A stretch of 52,592 bases of DNA from NCBI GenBank assembly GCA_019358935.1, contig JAHHIK010000058.1:1-52592 (forward strand), written 5' to 3'. The translations under genes were made by a program, and so were the position numbers. Positions 25,862-35,524 of the stretch are shown piece after piece (within the stretch, counting starts at the first letter, position 1; every line of letters starts with the position of its first letter). This stretch comes from Tolypothrix carrinoi HA7290-LM1. Its GTDB lineage: Bacteria > Cyanobacteriota > Cyanobacteriia > Cyanobacteriales > Nostocaceae. The notes beneath the pieces were generated by a model. It did not search any database. It worked only from the letters and a program-made list of their open reading frames with translations, and was not told the origin of the DNA.

Positions 25862-28318
25862 TTAGTTATATGATGTTTTATCGACAACAAACCTGTTATT
25901 TTCAACTTTAACTAAGACACCGATACCGGGTAATGGTTTGCGATCGCCTAAATCGTTAAATTCCACTTTTGCAGTCACACCATCGGCTGAAAAATCACGC
26001 TCATTCAACACATCGTAAAGCTTTTGACGGGTGTAATTACCCTGAATGCGTTTGAGTGCTTCAACCATCGCCATCGTAGCATCATAAGACATTGCAGTTC
26101 GCCAGTTCACATCTCCAGTTCCCCAAAGCTTCACAGATTCCTGCTCAAACTTAGAGTTAGCACTATTACTTCTATGCCAGCGAACGGCTATTCTCAGTTT
26201 ATCAACTGGAATATTAGCTTGACTGACACTTTCAAAATATGGAGTATCTGCACCGAGTATGGTGATATTTTCGCTTTGGTTAATGATAAGTGTTGCCGCA
26301 ATTCTTGACACTTTATCGCTAAAGGCTAACATGATTACTTCTGCATTAGTTTCTTTTGCTTGTTGCAAACAATTTAAAACTTCAGTAGTGCTTTGAATCA
26401 CTGGACATTCATTAACAAGGTATCTTCTATTTTTGAAGACAACCTTTTCAAATTCTGTTTTTAAAGATGCAGCAAATGTCTCATTAGGTTCATAAAAAAT
26501 AGCTGTTTTTATCAGATTTTTATGTACCATAAATTTAACTAGTTTTTCAGCTGCGGCAGAGTTATCTGGAGATACGCGAAAAATGTACTTATTTAATTTA
26601 AAAGCAGAATCTCTAACAGCAGTACTCGTAGGAGATATAACTACCATTTTTCCGTCATAAGATGGTGCTGCTTCTTGTATACTATCGCTGGTATAATAAC
26701 CGATGACTCCTAAGATATTTTCTTGAGTAGCGATCGCATCAGCTATTTGCTTAATTTTATTTTTCTGCCAACCTGTACTAACGATTTCGAGAAACAACAG
26801 TCTTCCGTCAATCCCTTGATTCTGATTAAAATTATCTTGAACGTGAGCAAATCCGCGCAGCATTTGTTCGGCAATGTCATTTGACCCATTAAGCAGATCG
26901 TCAATAATTGGAACAGCAGCGGCAATTTTGAGAGGATTTTTTGCCATAGCTGCTTTAGCATTGTTGAGATAAATTCGTGCTTCTGGGTCATTTTGATTAC
27001 GAGCAAGGTATTTTTGGAAATATACAATAGCTTGGTTGAAATCTCCTTGCCCAAATGCAGTGGTTCCTCTTTCTTTGTCGGCAAAAATTACGTGAGAAAT
27101 CCGAGGATTTTGGGGAATCAAAATTGCCTCACCACAACTGAATCCATTTTGATTCTGAAAATCGCAAAGAGGGGGATGTATCCACGAGTTGATTAAGAAT
27201 GCGATCGCGCTTCCTAATAAAACTAATCCAATAGGCAAAAATAGTTTCTTAATCAGCCGATTCACCCTCAAAGAAAAACTTGTAATATCGCGAATTGTCG
27301 TATAATTAAATTCTTGAGATTCACGCTGTTTTTCCCTAGTACCCGAAGGCTTTGAATTTGGATTTAGCGATATTTGCCCAGAAAGAGCAGAAATTACTTG
27401 TTCAGCAGACTCATAACGATCCTCTGGTTGATATGACAACATCCGATCTAAAATGTCTGCCAGATTGTCGTTTACACTAACATATTCTCTCCAAATCCAC
27501 CTATTTTGATTCCAAAGCTCATTTACATTTCTACCTGTAAGCAAACAAATACAGGTTGCAGCTAAAGAATATAAATCTGAGGAAAAAAATATTCCTTTAC
27601 CAGCTAGTTGCTCTGGTGGTGCAAATATCGGAGTTCCCATTGCAATTGATTGCTCAACAGGTATTTTTGGCTCTAATTTCCGCTTCACCGCAGCACCAAA
27701 ATCTATTAAATAAAGCGTTCCATTTTCGTGACGAATGATATTAGAAAGCTTGATATCTCTATGAATAACTTGTCTTTTTTCATGTATGTACTTGAGTACG
27801 TTCAGGAGTTGTCCTAAATCCTGCACAACTTCATCTTCTGAAAATCGACCTTTCTGATTAAGTTCCTTATCCAAAGTTTCACCTTGGACATATTCTTGCA
27901 CTAAATAAAATAATTCTTTGCGGAATTCTTCTTGGGAATCAGAAGGTGCTGGCAATTCAAAGTAATCATACAATTGAGGAATTTGTTCGTGCTTGATATC
28001 TCTCAAAGCTCTTGCCTCTTCCTCAAAAGACTTTTTTATCGATTCAAGCTCCGACTGTGAAAAAGGATTTCTATTAGTATTTCTCGGCTGCAACTGCTTG
28101 ACAACACACTGCTGCTGAAGGTGAGCATCCCATGCTTTAAACGTCTTGCCAAATCCTCCCCAACCTATTTGCTCTAAGGGTAGGTAACGAGTCTTCAAAA
28201 TTAAAGTCATTCCACAGCTACTACAGTATCTCTGCTGGTGGTTCCTAAGATTGCGGAACTCATCAGGGACTTCGTTTTCCGGATACCGACAGTTAGGATT
28301 AGTGCAGTAAATTTTCAT
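25862..28318 (-). CDS. Ser/Thr kinase fused to branched-chain-amino-acid-type periplasmic binding domain
   Basis: CTNPNC..CSSCG, GWGGFG, HRDIKLSN, DFG, TM, NDPEARIYLNNA, VISPTSTA, WRTAMSYDA. Confidence 0.92.
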   Translation of the reverse strand: MKIYCTNPNCRYPENEVPDEFRNLRNHQQRYCSSCGMTLILKTRYLPLEQIGWGGFGKTFKAWDAHLQQQCVVKQLQPRNTNRNPFSQSELESIKKSFEEEARALRDIKHEQIPQLYDYFELPAPSDSQEEFRKELFYLVQEYVQGETLDKELNQKGRFSEDEVVQDLGQLLNVLKYIHEKRQVIHRDIKLSNIIRHENGTLYLIDFGAAVKRKLEPKIPVEQSIAMGTPIFAPPEQLAGKGIFFSSDLYSLAATCICLLTGRNVNELWNQNRWIWREYVSVNDNLADILDRMLSYQPEDRYESAEQVISALSGQISLNPNSKPSGTREKQRESQEFNYTTIRDITSFSLRVNRLIKKLFLPIGLVLLGSAIAFLINSWIHPPLCDFQNQNGFSCGEAILIPQNPRISHVIFADKERGTTAFGQGDFNQAIVYFQKYLARNQNDPEARIYLNNAKAAMAKNPLKIAAAVPIIDDLLNGSNDIAEQMLRGFAHVQDNFNQNQGIDGRLLFLEIVSTGWQKNKIKQIADAIATQENILGVIGYYTSDSIQEAAPSYDGKMVVISPTSTAVRDSAFKLNKYIFRVSPDNSAAAEKLVKFMVHKNLIKTAIFYEPNETFAASLKTEFEKVVFKNRRYLVNECPVIQSTTEVLNCLQQAKETNAEVIMLAFSDKVSRIAATLIINQSENITILGADTPYFESVSQANIPVDKLRIAVRWHRSNSANSKFEQESVKLWGTGDVNWRTAMSYDATMAMVEALKRIQGNYTRQKLYDVLNERDFSADGVTAKVEFNDLGDRKPLPGIGVLVKVENNRFVVDKTSYN

Positions 28319-28438
28319 TTTAGCTGAGTATGATTTCTGTATAATAAGGCATTTATTCTAGCCTGTGACACGGCAAATAATAAAAAAATCATCTATGTAT
28401 TTTGGGAATTTTCATATAAATATATACATTATTTTACC

Positions 28439-28488
28439 CGTAGTAAGCGATTTATCGCTTATATTGGGCACGCGCATTGCCCACTACG
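28439..28488. repeat. REP-like GTAG...CTAC doublet
   Basis: CGTAGTAAGCGATTTATCGCTTA...TGGGCACGCGCATTGCCCACTACG. A half copy is at about 22870. Confidence 0.6.
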
Positions 28489-28542
28489 AGTAAAGACGTT
28501 CCGTTGTCACAGAATTAGGCAAAAAGCTTAATTTTCAAGTTT

Positions 28543-29331
28543 TCACGCTCCCATTCCAGAATACTGTTTTAATCCCCGACGCCACAGTAAGCGATTTACA
28601 CCCAAAAACACCAAAAACCAACCAATCATTGTCAAAAATCCCCGCGTTATATCTACAGGTAATCCAACTAAAAGACTTGCGGGAAAATTAATCAAATAAG
28701 GGAAAGGTGTCAAAAGTACGATCGCTCTCACAGGTTCCGGAAACACCTCCAAAGGTGCAATTATTCCCGATAAAAATAAATAAAATAAAAAAAACAAATT
28801 CTCTAATGCGCTAGCTCGTTCTGTCCAAAAAGCAAACATCGCAAAAGTATATTGAATCACAAACCGTAAAGCAAAAGCTAACATTACCGACACTGCAAAC
28901 AGCAACAAGTTAGCAAAACTCGGCAACCAAAAAGTCTGAGGATAAAGTACAAAAAACAATATCACCAAGAATAAAGCAAACGGCATCCGCGCAAGTCTTT
29001 CGGAAAGATGAGAGCTGATATAATGCCATGCTGGATCGAGCGGTTGTAACAATCGTGGCGAAAGTTTGCCTTCTACTACTTGGCTTTCAAACTCCCAAAT
29101 TACCCAGACAACTGTAAATTGCCTAACTAAAAAAACCCCCAGAAAGTAACGCGCAAAATCCACGGGTGTTAAACCGAACTTTCCATTTTGCGCTGCTTGT
29201 ATCCAAACACCCATCAAAATAATCGGTAAAGAGCCGGCAAGAACCCATAAAATTAGTTCGGCTCGATATTCAACCATGTAGGCGTAATACACTGAAAGCA
29301 AAGTTAGGGCTTTTTTAATAATTCTTTTCAT
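28543..29331 (-). CDS. ABC-2 type transporter permease
   Basis: YMVEYRAELILW, EGKLSPRLLQP, LSGIIAPL; likely start MKRII. Confidence 0.88.
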   Translation of the reverse strand: MKRIIKKALTLLSVYYAYMVEYRAELILWVLAGSLPIILMGVWIQAAQNGKFGLTPVDFARYFLGVFLVRQFTVVWVIWEFESQVVEGKLSPRLLQPLDPAWHYISSHLSERLARMPFALFLVILFFVLYPQTFWLPSFANLLLFAVSVMLAFALRFVIQYTFAMFAFWTERASALENLFFLFYLFLSGIIAPLEVFPEPVRAIVLLTPFPYLINFPASLLVGLPVDITRGFLTMIGWFLVFLGVNRLLWRRGLKQYSGMGA

Positions 29332-29563
29332 TTTACTTTTGAGGGTAGCATCTTTATTATTAAACACTTAATTTGTTAGGTACTGCGATCGCTTGCTGAA
29401 ATCAAAGAAGCGATCGCTCCTTTCGCTGTCTGACAAGTCTCAGATTATTTCCGTATTTGTACTGAGCTAAAAATCTTTAATAGTGCATATCTTAAAATAT
29501 CCTGTTTGTATCAACACAAGCAATGCGTCTCACCTGAAGTGCGTGTAATCGCCGAAAATTTAT

Positions 29564-30424
29564 GTGTCTATGCAAAAGCAAAAAAACAAATTCAGTCACC
29601 TCACTGCAATAGAAAGAATTTACCTATCATTTCCGGCAAAGTTTTTATTGGAAAAAAACCTGCTGAAAGGTCAAATATTAGATTTTGGTTGTGGCTTTGG
29701 TAATGATGTTAAATTATTACAACAAAAAGGTTTTGATATTACAGGATACGATCCTTATTATTTTCCAGAACATCCTCATGAAAAATTCGATACAATAATT
29801 TGCTTTTATGTTTTAAATGTTTTGTTTCCCGAAGAACAAGCAAATGTCCTTATGGGTGTATCGCACCTCTTAAAACCGGGAGGCAAAGCGTATTATGCCG
29901 TTAGAAGGGATATAAAAAGAGAAGGTTTTCGAGAACATTATATCCATAAAAAACCTACCTATCAGTGTACTGTAAAACTTCCCTTTAATTCTATTAAGTT
30001 AGACGATAACTGTGAAGTTTACGAGTATATTCATTATAACCGCCAAAGAAATTCAACCAATAATTGTATATTTTGTAATCCTTATACGCATTTAAGTTTC
30101 TTAACCGAATCTGCCACTGCTTATGCAATGTTTGACGGTTATCCTGTAAATAAAGGTCACGTTTTGGTTATCCCCAAACGCCATGTCAGTAATTATTTTG
30201 ATTTACCATTAAAAGAGCAATCTGCTTGCTGGCTGATGGTTAATAAAGTACAAGAAATTCTCACCCAAAAATTTAAACCTGATGGTTTTAATGTGGGGAT
30301 GAACATTAATCGAGATGCGGGTCAAAATATGATGCACGCGAGTATTCATATCATCCCTCGTTACAAAAGTGATACCGTCGGTGCTAAAGGTGGGATGAGA
30401 AATGTGATTCCGAAAATAAAATAG
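29564..30424 (+). CDS. Class I SAM methyltransferase / HIT-domain fusion
   Basis: ILDFGCGFG, YDPYY, CFYVLNV; then CIFC, GHVLVIPKRH, GFNVGMN..AGQ, HASIHIIPR. Confidence 0.9.
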   Translation: MSMQKQKNKFSHLTAIERIYLSFPAKFLLEKNLLKGQILDFGCGFGNDVKLLQQKGFDITGYDPYYFPEHPHEKFDTIICFYVLNVLFPEEQANVLMGVSHLLKPGGKAYYAVRRDIKREGFREHYIHKKPTYQCTVKLPFNSIKLDDNCEVYEYIHYNRQRNSTNNCIFCNPYTHLSFLTESATAYAMFDGYPVNKGHVLVIPKRHVSNYFDLPLKEQSACWLMVNKVQEILTQKFKPDGFNVGMNINRDAGQNMMHASIHIIPRYKSDTVGAKGGMRNVIPKIK

Positions 30425-30534
30425 TTTGTAGGTTGTAGCGATTGTATTGAAAGTAAGCGCGATCGCGCAAAGCGCCCGCACTCTAATTTATGATTTAAAG
30501 TATTTGTCATAGCTGATTTTGGCAGAATATACAA

Positions 30535-32310
30535 TTATCGTTTTTCTAGGTATTCTAGGAATTTTCTCGTATCTGCAAGCAAGCGATCGCCCCAGAGATT
30601 TTGCTTGAGAAATTCTACATTTTCGTAACGTCTATCCCGACGGATTGCTGCTTCTGCTAACTTTTGACTTTGTTGGCGATCGCCTTGACTATATAACGCC
30701 ACCGCAAGAGCAAATTGGCTTTCTGGGTTTGGTAGATAACGATTGGTTTCTACAACAGCTTGCCATTGTCTCATTGCTCCTGCAATATTGCCCTGTTCGT
30801 ATTTGATTAAACCGATGTTGTTAAGAGAATTTAATGATATTTGCGAGGATGTTGCATTTTGAGCGCTGGCTTTTTGATACTGGGTAATTGCTTCAGATAA
30901 TTTACCTTGTCTGTGGTAAACTACTCCCAAACTAAATAATGCCCCTGCCTCATTCGGTTTGAATTTTAAACCCGCTTCTAAAGATTCGGCAGCAGCTTTG
31001 TCATTTTGTTGTTGCAAGTAAACTGAAGCTAAAGCAAATAAAACATCGCCGTTTTTTCGGTTAAGAGATTTTGCGCGATCGAGAGCAGCGATCGCATTAT
31101 CATACTGCTTGTTTTTTAAGTATAAAATACCTAACATAGACCAAACTTCATCACTGTTAGGAGCTAATACAGTAGCTGCTCGCGTTTGCTTTAAATATGA
31201 TTCAGATATATTATCAATATATTTGATGATTCCAGCTATTTGTTTGACTATTTTTAAGCCTTCTTTTTGAGCAGATTCAGCATCGAGTTTTTGGAATTGT
31301 TGAAAGTCTGCTAATGCTCCCTCTTCATCTTCAGAAAAGCGCTGATTTCCTCGATAAAGATAAGCTGGGGCGTAGTTGGGATTGAGACGAATAGCTTCGG
31401 TGTAATCGGCGATCGCTTTTCGCTTGTCATATAATTGGGCGCGAATATTACCGCGTGCGGCGTAAGCTTCAGCATAGTTGGGATTAAGCCGAATTGCCTC
31501 GGTTAAATCATTGATTGCACCTACATAATCTCTATTTAAATACTTTTGATTGGCTTTGATAAATAAATCATCCTCTTTTGGCGCAGTCGCAATAGTACTT
31601 GGCGCACGCACACCAATATCGATTCCGATAGATGCTATTTGCCGCAAAGCCGTGTTAATATCAGTTCCCAAACCTCCAGCAATCACAAGCTGCTGCTGAT
31701 TTGTTTCGGAGCGATCGCTTACACCTCTACCGTGAACGCCGACAACATCACCCTGCTCATTTAATACAGGACCGCCACTCATCCCGGATGAAGTCGGTAC
31801 GCTGTAAGCTAAGTTATAACCATCACGCTGTGGCGAAGCGTTAGCACTTACCTGTCCTTTAATGAAACTATATTCCGGGTTAGTGATTGCTGAAGTTTTT
31901 GCCGGAAATCCAGCCACATAAACTGTTGTTGTGCGCGTCACGCGATCGGAATTGCCAATTTTCGCTGCGCTGTAACTTTTGTTGCTGCTAAACTCAACAA
32001 CCGCTAAGTCAACATCTTGCAAGCGTTTGGCAATGTTAATTGCATAGCTTTGTTTGTCAGGGCTAAATATTTGATATTGTTTTGCGTCTTTCACCACATG
32101 ATAAGCAGTGAGGACGGTGTAAGAATTACCAGCACGTTTGATAATAACACCCGAACCGGAATTACCGGGGTTTTGACTGTCAACAATTCGCACGGTGATT
32201 TCTCTGCCAATCTTTTCTAGATCTTGTGCAGATATGGCTAGTGCGGCTTGCGATACCAATACGATTGATGCGCCGATTAATATAGGTGAAAGAGCGTAGT
32301 AATATTTCAT
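30535..32310 (-). CDS. Trypsin-like serine protease with TPR repeats
   Basis: Catalytic triad motifs TAYHV, DLAV, GMSGGP; multiple TPRs. Confidence 0.92.
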   Translation of the reverse strand: MKYYYALSPILIGASIVLVSQAALAISAQDLEKIGREITVRIVDSQNPGNSGSGVIIKRAGNSYTVLTAYHVVKDAKQYQIFSPDKQSYAINIAKRLQDVDLAVVEFSSNKSYSAAKIGNSDRVTRTTTVYVAGFPAKTSAITNPEYSFIKGQVSANASPQRDGYNLAYSVPTSSGMSGGPVLNEQGDVVGVHGRGVSDRSETNQQQLVIAGGLGTDINTALRQIASIGIDIGVRAPSTIATAPKEDDLFIKANQKYLNRDYVGAINDLTEAIRLNPNYAEAYAARGNIRAQLYDKRKAIADYTEAIRLNPNYAPAYLYRGNQRFSEDEEGALADFQQFQKLDAESAQKEGLKIVKQIAGIIKYIDNISESYLKQTRAATVLAPNSDEVWSMLGILYLKNKQYDNAIAALDRAKSLNRKNGDVLFALASVYLQQQNDKAAAESLEAGLKFKPNEAGALFSLGVVYHRQGKLSEAITQYQKASAQNATSSQISLNSLNNIGLIKYEQGNIAGAMRQWQAVVETNRYLPNPESQFALAVALYSQGDRQQSQKLAEAAIRRDRRYENVEFLKQNLWGDRLLADTRKFLEYLEKR

Positions 32311-32453
32311 TTGATTAATCTAGTTTTGTAATTTTGTGATATCGCAAAGAAATCATATTTTGGCAAGAAATAGGCGAGCGTGTAAAGATAACATCAGAGT
32401 TATAGCATTATCGCAGTTTGGTATAAATAAGCGATCGCCCTCGTGTTGGTTTT

Positions 32454-32700
32454 CTAGATATTTTGTCGAGGATGGTCTGGAGCCGGATGAAAACCGCCTT
32501 TTACCCACATCTGCCTAGATTTTTGAATAAAACGGTCAGGACGACGTTCATCCTTCAAATCAAGTCGATTACAAGTTGTACTTGTAGGTGTGATACCAAC
32601 AATTTTTGTAGCGTCTGCTGACCAAATAAAGTGTTCAGCCCATTGTTGCCGACTAGGATTAAATAAGGCAACTTTTTGCTGAGTTTCTTTCTTCAATTCC
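32454..32700 (-). pseudogene. C-terminal fragment of HNH endonuclease
   Basis: LFNPSRQQWAEHFIWS..IVGITPT..TCNRLDL matches the C-terminal part of this family. The N-terminal Cys/HNH core is absent and the 21-bp array lies there instead. Confidence 0.75.
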
Positions 32701-32732
32701 AACCGTAAAATTATAGTGGCGTTCATTACACC

Positions 32733-32930
32733 TAACGATCGCTTCTATTTTCATAACGACAGCTTGAGCGTTGGTAATGTAGACGCAGCCCGCCGTAGGC
32801 ATCGCTTGTATTTTCATAACAAAGCGATTAGCGTTGGTAACGACAGCTTTTGTTTCATAAGTAAAGCGATTAGCGTTGGTAACGACAGCTTATGTATTGG
32901 TAACGACAGCTTCAATTTTCATAACGAATG
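32733..32930. repeat. Degenerate 21-bp-period tandem array (about 9 units)
   Basis: Units start at 32733, 32754, 32775 (plus a 21-nt insert), 32817, 32838, 32859, 32880, 32901 and 32922. Modules TAACGACAGCTT / AAAGCGATT are combined with AGCGTTGG / ATTTTCA. Confidence 0.9.
32780..32800. mobile_element. 21-nt SDR5-type small dispersed repeat inserted in a HIP1-like site
   Basis: TAGACGCAGCCCGCCGTAGGC sits between G and ATCGC. The first array unit (TAACGATCGCTT) shows the empty site. Confidence 0.75.
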
Positions 32931-33130
32931 ATTTAAGAGTGCTATAGCAACTTTTTTGCATGACTTAAGCAAGCGATACCTTGACTGCGGGGTAGTCGTA
33001 GTGCGATCGCTTCGCTCTTGCTTCGCTAACTGTTTTATTCTCCCTATTCCCCAATGAAGTTAGAATACTAACAAGATTAAACCCGCGTTGCATCCCGACA
33101 ACATTCTTAGCGCTTGCTGTCTAACATGAT

Positions 33131-33352
33131 ATGAAAGCATACGAGTTTCCTGCCAAAGTAACTACCGAAGGCAAAATTGAATTACCGGATACGATTTTGC
33201 AACAATTGGCGCATAATCAGCAAGTTAAAGTAATTATTTTAGTTAATGAGCCAAGCGAAGACCAAGAAGATGACAAAGCCTGGAATCGTCTTGCTAGCGA
33301 GCAATTATTGAAAGGCTACAGCGAAGAAGATGCTATTTACGACACAATATAG
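33131..33352 (+). CDS. Putative antitoxin
   Basis: 73 aa, AKVTTEGKIELP N-terminus, acidic C-terminus; 3 bp upstream of a PemK-like gene. Confidence 0.75.
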   Translation: MKAYEFPAKVTTEGKIELPDTILQQLAHNQQVKVIILVNEPSEDQEDDKAWNRLASEQLLKGYSEEDAIYDTI

Positions 33353-33355
33353 GCT

Positions 33356-33685
33356 ATGCAAAACTATCAGCATGGTTCTGTTGTCTTGCTGGCACTGCCT
33401 TTTTCTGATACAGCTACATTTAAACTTCGTCCGGCATTAGTACTTTTAGACACAGCAGATGATGATATTGTGGTGTCACGCATCACCAGTCAAATGGGTA
33501 AAACGGCTTTTGATGTAGAAATACTGGAATGGCAGCAAGCAGGGTTAATGCGTCCGTCAGTAGTTCGGTTGCATAAAGTGAATACAGTAGAAAAGGTTTT
33601 GGTAAACCGTCAGTTAGGAATTCTACAACCAAACGATTGGCAACAAGTTCGTCAACGCACTCAAGAAATATGGTCTTCAATTTAA
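33356..33685 (+). CDS. PemK/MazF family toxin
   Basis: GSVVLLALPFSD...KLRPALVL, ITSQ, AGLMRPSVVR. Confidence 0.88.
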   Translation: MQNYQHGSVVLLALPFSDTATFKLRPALVLLDTADDDIVVSRITSQMGKTAFDVEILEWQQAGLMRPSVVRLHKVNTVEKVLVNRQLGILQPNDWQQVRQRTQEIWSSI

Positions 33686-33758
33686 TGCGATGTCTAACAA
33701 CAAGCTACTCCGTGTGTGTTGCACTCTCATTACACGCCATCCTAAATCATCGCCAGTG

Positions 33759-33827
33759 GTAGAAACCGGGTTTCTTCTCACCATCTCCCGATACTTCAGC
33801 ACTTCACCAAAGAAACCCGGTTTCTGG
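33759..33827. repeat. Inverted pair of AGAAACCGGGTTTCT palindromes
   Basis: AGAAACCGGGTTTCTT...AAGAAACCCGGTTTCT between convergent genes. Confidence 0.7.
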
Positions 33828-33857
33828 AGTCACCCCTTCTTCCCCATCATCCCAAAC

Positions 33858-35468
33858 CTACTGCTGAATCTTTTTAATGAACTCCAACGCTTGTTGGTAA
33901 TCAGCAGTTCTTCCTTGTTGTTGAAACAAAACTGCCGCTTTTTGTAAATCATTAATTGCCCTTTGCTTATCTCCCAACTGATAGCGGACTAGACCCAGGT
34001 TGCCGTAGGCTTCGGCAAAGTTGGGATTAATCAAGAGGGCAGAGTTGTAATCAGCAACAGCCCCTTGCAAGTCTTTTAATTCATTGCGGACTAGACCCCG
34101 GTTATTGTAAGCTAAAGCATAGTTGGGATTAATCAAGAGGGCAAAGTTGTAATCAGCAACAGCCCCTTGCAAGTCTTTTAAATCTTTGCGGATTATACCC
34201 CGGTTATAGTAAGCTTGGGCATAGTTGGGATTAATTAAGAGGGCAGAGTTGTAATCAGCAACAGCTCCTTGCAAGTCTTTTAAATCATAGCGGACAACAC
34301 CCCGGTTATTGTAAGCTAAAGCATAGTTGGGATTAATCTTGATAGCTTGGGTGTAATCAGCGATCGCCCCTTGCAAGTCTTTTAATTCTTTGCGGGCAAC
34401 ACCCCGGTTGTAGTAGGCTTTGGCATCGTTGGGATTAATCTTCAAGACAGAGTTGTAATCAGCAACAGCCCCTTGCAAGTCTTTTAAATCTTTGCGGGCA
34501 ACACCCCGGTTATTGTAGGCTTGGGCTAAGTTGGGATTAATCAAGAGGGCAGAGTTGTAATCAGCAACAGCCCCTTGCAAGTCTTTTAATTCATGAAGGA
34601 CAACACCCCGGTCGTTGTAGGCATCGGCATAGTTGGGATTAAGGCGAATTGCCTCTGTGTAGTCTGCGATCGCCCCTTTAAAGTCTTTATCCCGATACTT
34701 TTGATCGGCTTTAATAAAGAAGTCATCAGCTTTCGGTGCAGCAGCCACATTTATACTGGGTGGACGCACTCCCACATCCACCCCCACTGCTAACAACTGC
34801 CGCAATGCTGAATAAATAGTAGTGCCTAAACCTGTAATTATCTTACTCTCGCTTTTTTCTGTGATAGTTTCCTCATCTGCCCTACCGTGAATTGCTATCA
34901 GTTCCCCTTGTTCATTCAACACCGCACCGCCGCTCATGCCTTTTCGCGTCACGTTATCATAAAGGATGTTGTAACCTTCACGTTGTGGCGCACCGTTAGC
35001 ATTTACCTGTCCTTTATTGAGAAAATAATCGGGGTTGCTAATACTTGCTGACTTCGCGGGATATCCAGCTACATAAACAGTAGTGGTTCGCGTCGCTTTG
35101 TCAGAATCGCCGATTTTCGCGACTTTATAACTGTTGCTGCTGTTAAAGGAAGCGATCGCCAAGTCACCTTCTTTATCTAAAGGTTTGATATTATTAACAC
35201 CATAACTTTGCAAATCTGGCAAGATAATTTTATATTTTGTCGCAGCTTTCACCACATGATATGCCGTCAGCACAGTGTAAGTATTGCCAGCACGCTTGAT
35301 AATTACTCCCGAACCTGCAATACTCGGATTTTGAGCATCAACAATCCGCACGGTAATTTCTTTACCTATCTGTTCTACCTCTTGTGCAGATAATCCTAGC
35401 GCAACTTGCGATATTAATACTATCGATACACCAATTAACGCAGGTGGAAGTGCGTAATAATATTTCAT
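33858..35468 (-). CDS. Trypsin-like serine protease with near-identical TPR array
   Basis: MKYYYAL start as in the paralogue; TAYHV, DLAI, GMSGGA; repeated 34-aa AYNNRG..DLQGAVADYN units. Confidence 0.93.
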   Translation of the reverse strand: MKYYYALPPALIGVSIVLISQVALGLSAQEVEQIGKEITVRIVDAQNPSIAGSGVIIKRAGNTYTVLTAYHVVKAATKYKIILPDLQSYGVNNIKPLDKEGDLAIASFNSSNSYKVAKIGDSDKATRTTTVYVAGYPAKSASISNPDYFLNKGQVNANGAPQREGYNILYDNVTRKGMSGGAVLNEQGELIAIHGRADEETITEKSESKIITGLGTTIYSALRQLLAVGVDVGVRPPSINVAAAPKADDFFIKADQKYRDKDFKGAIADYTEAIRLNPNYADAYNDRGVVLHELKDLQGAVADYNSALLINPNLAQAYNNRGVARKDLKDLQGAVADYNSVLKINPNDAKAYYNRGVARKELKDLQGAIADYTQAIKINPNYALAYNNRGVVRYDLKDLQGAVADYNSALLINPNYAQAYYNRGIIRKDLKDLQGAVADYNFALLINPNYALAYNNRGLVRNELKDLQGAVADYNSALLINPNFAEAYGNLGLVRYQLGDKQRAINDLQKAAVLFQQQGRTADYQQALEFIKKIQQ

Positions 35469-35524
35469 ATCATGTCCGCACAATATATGTGATTTGTCGG
35501 ACATGATATCATTATTGAATCGAT

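Noticed and set aside
24780..25949. Diversity-generating retroelement TR/VR pair
   Set aside because: Only two mismatches, both synonymous and not consistently at adenines of one copy; no reverse transcriptase in the window.
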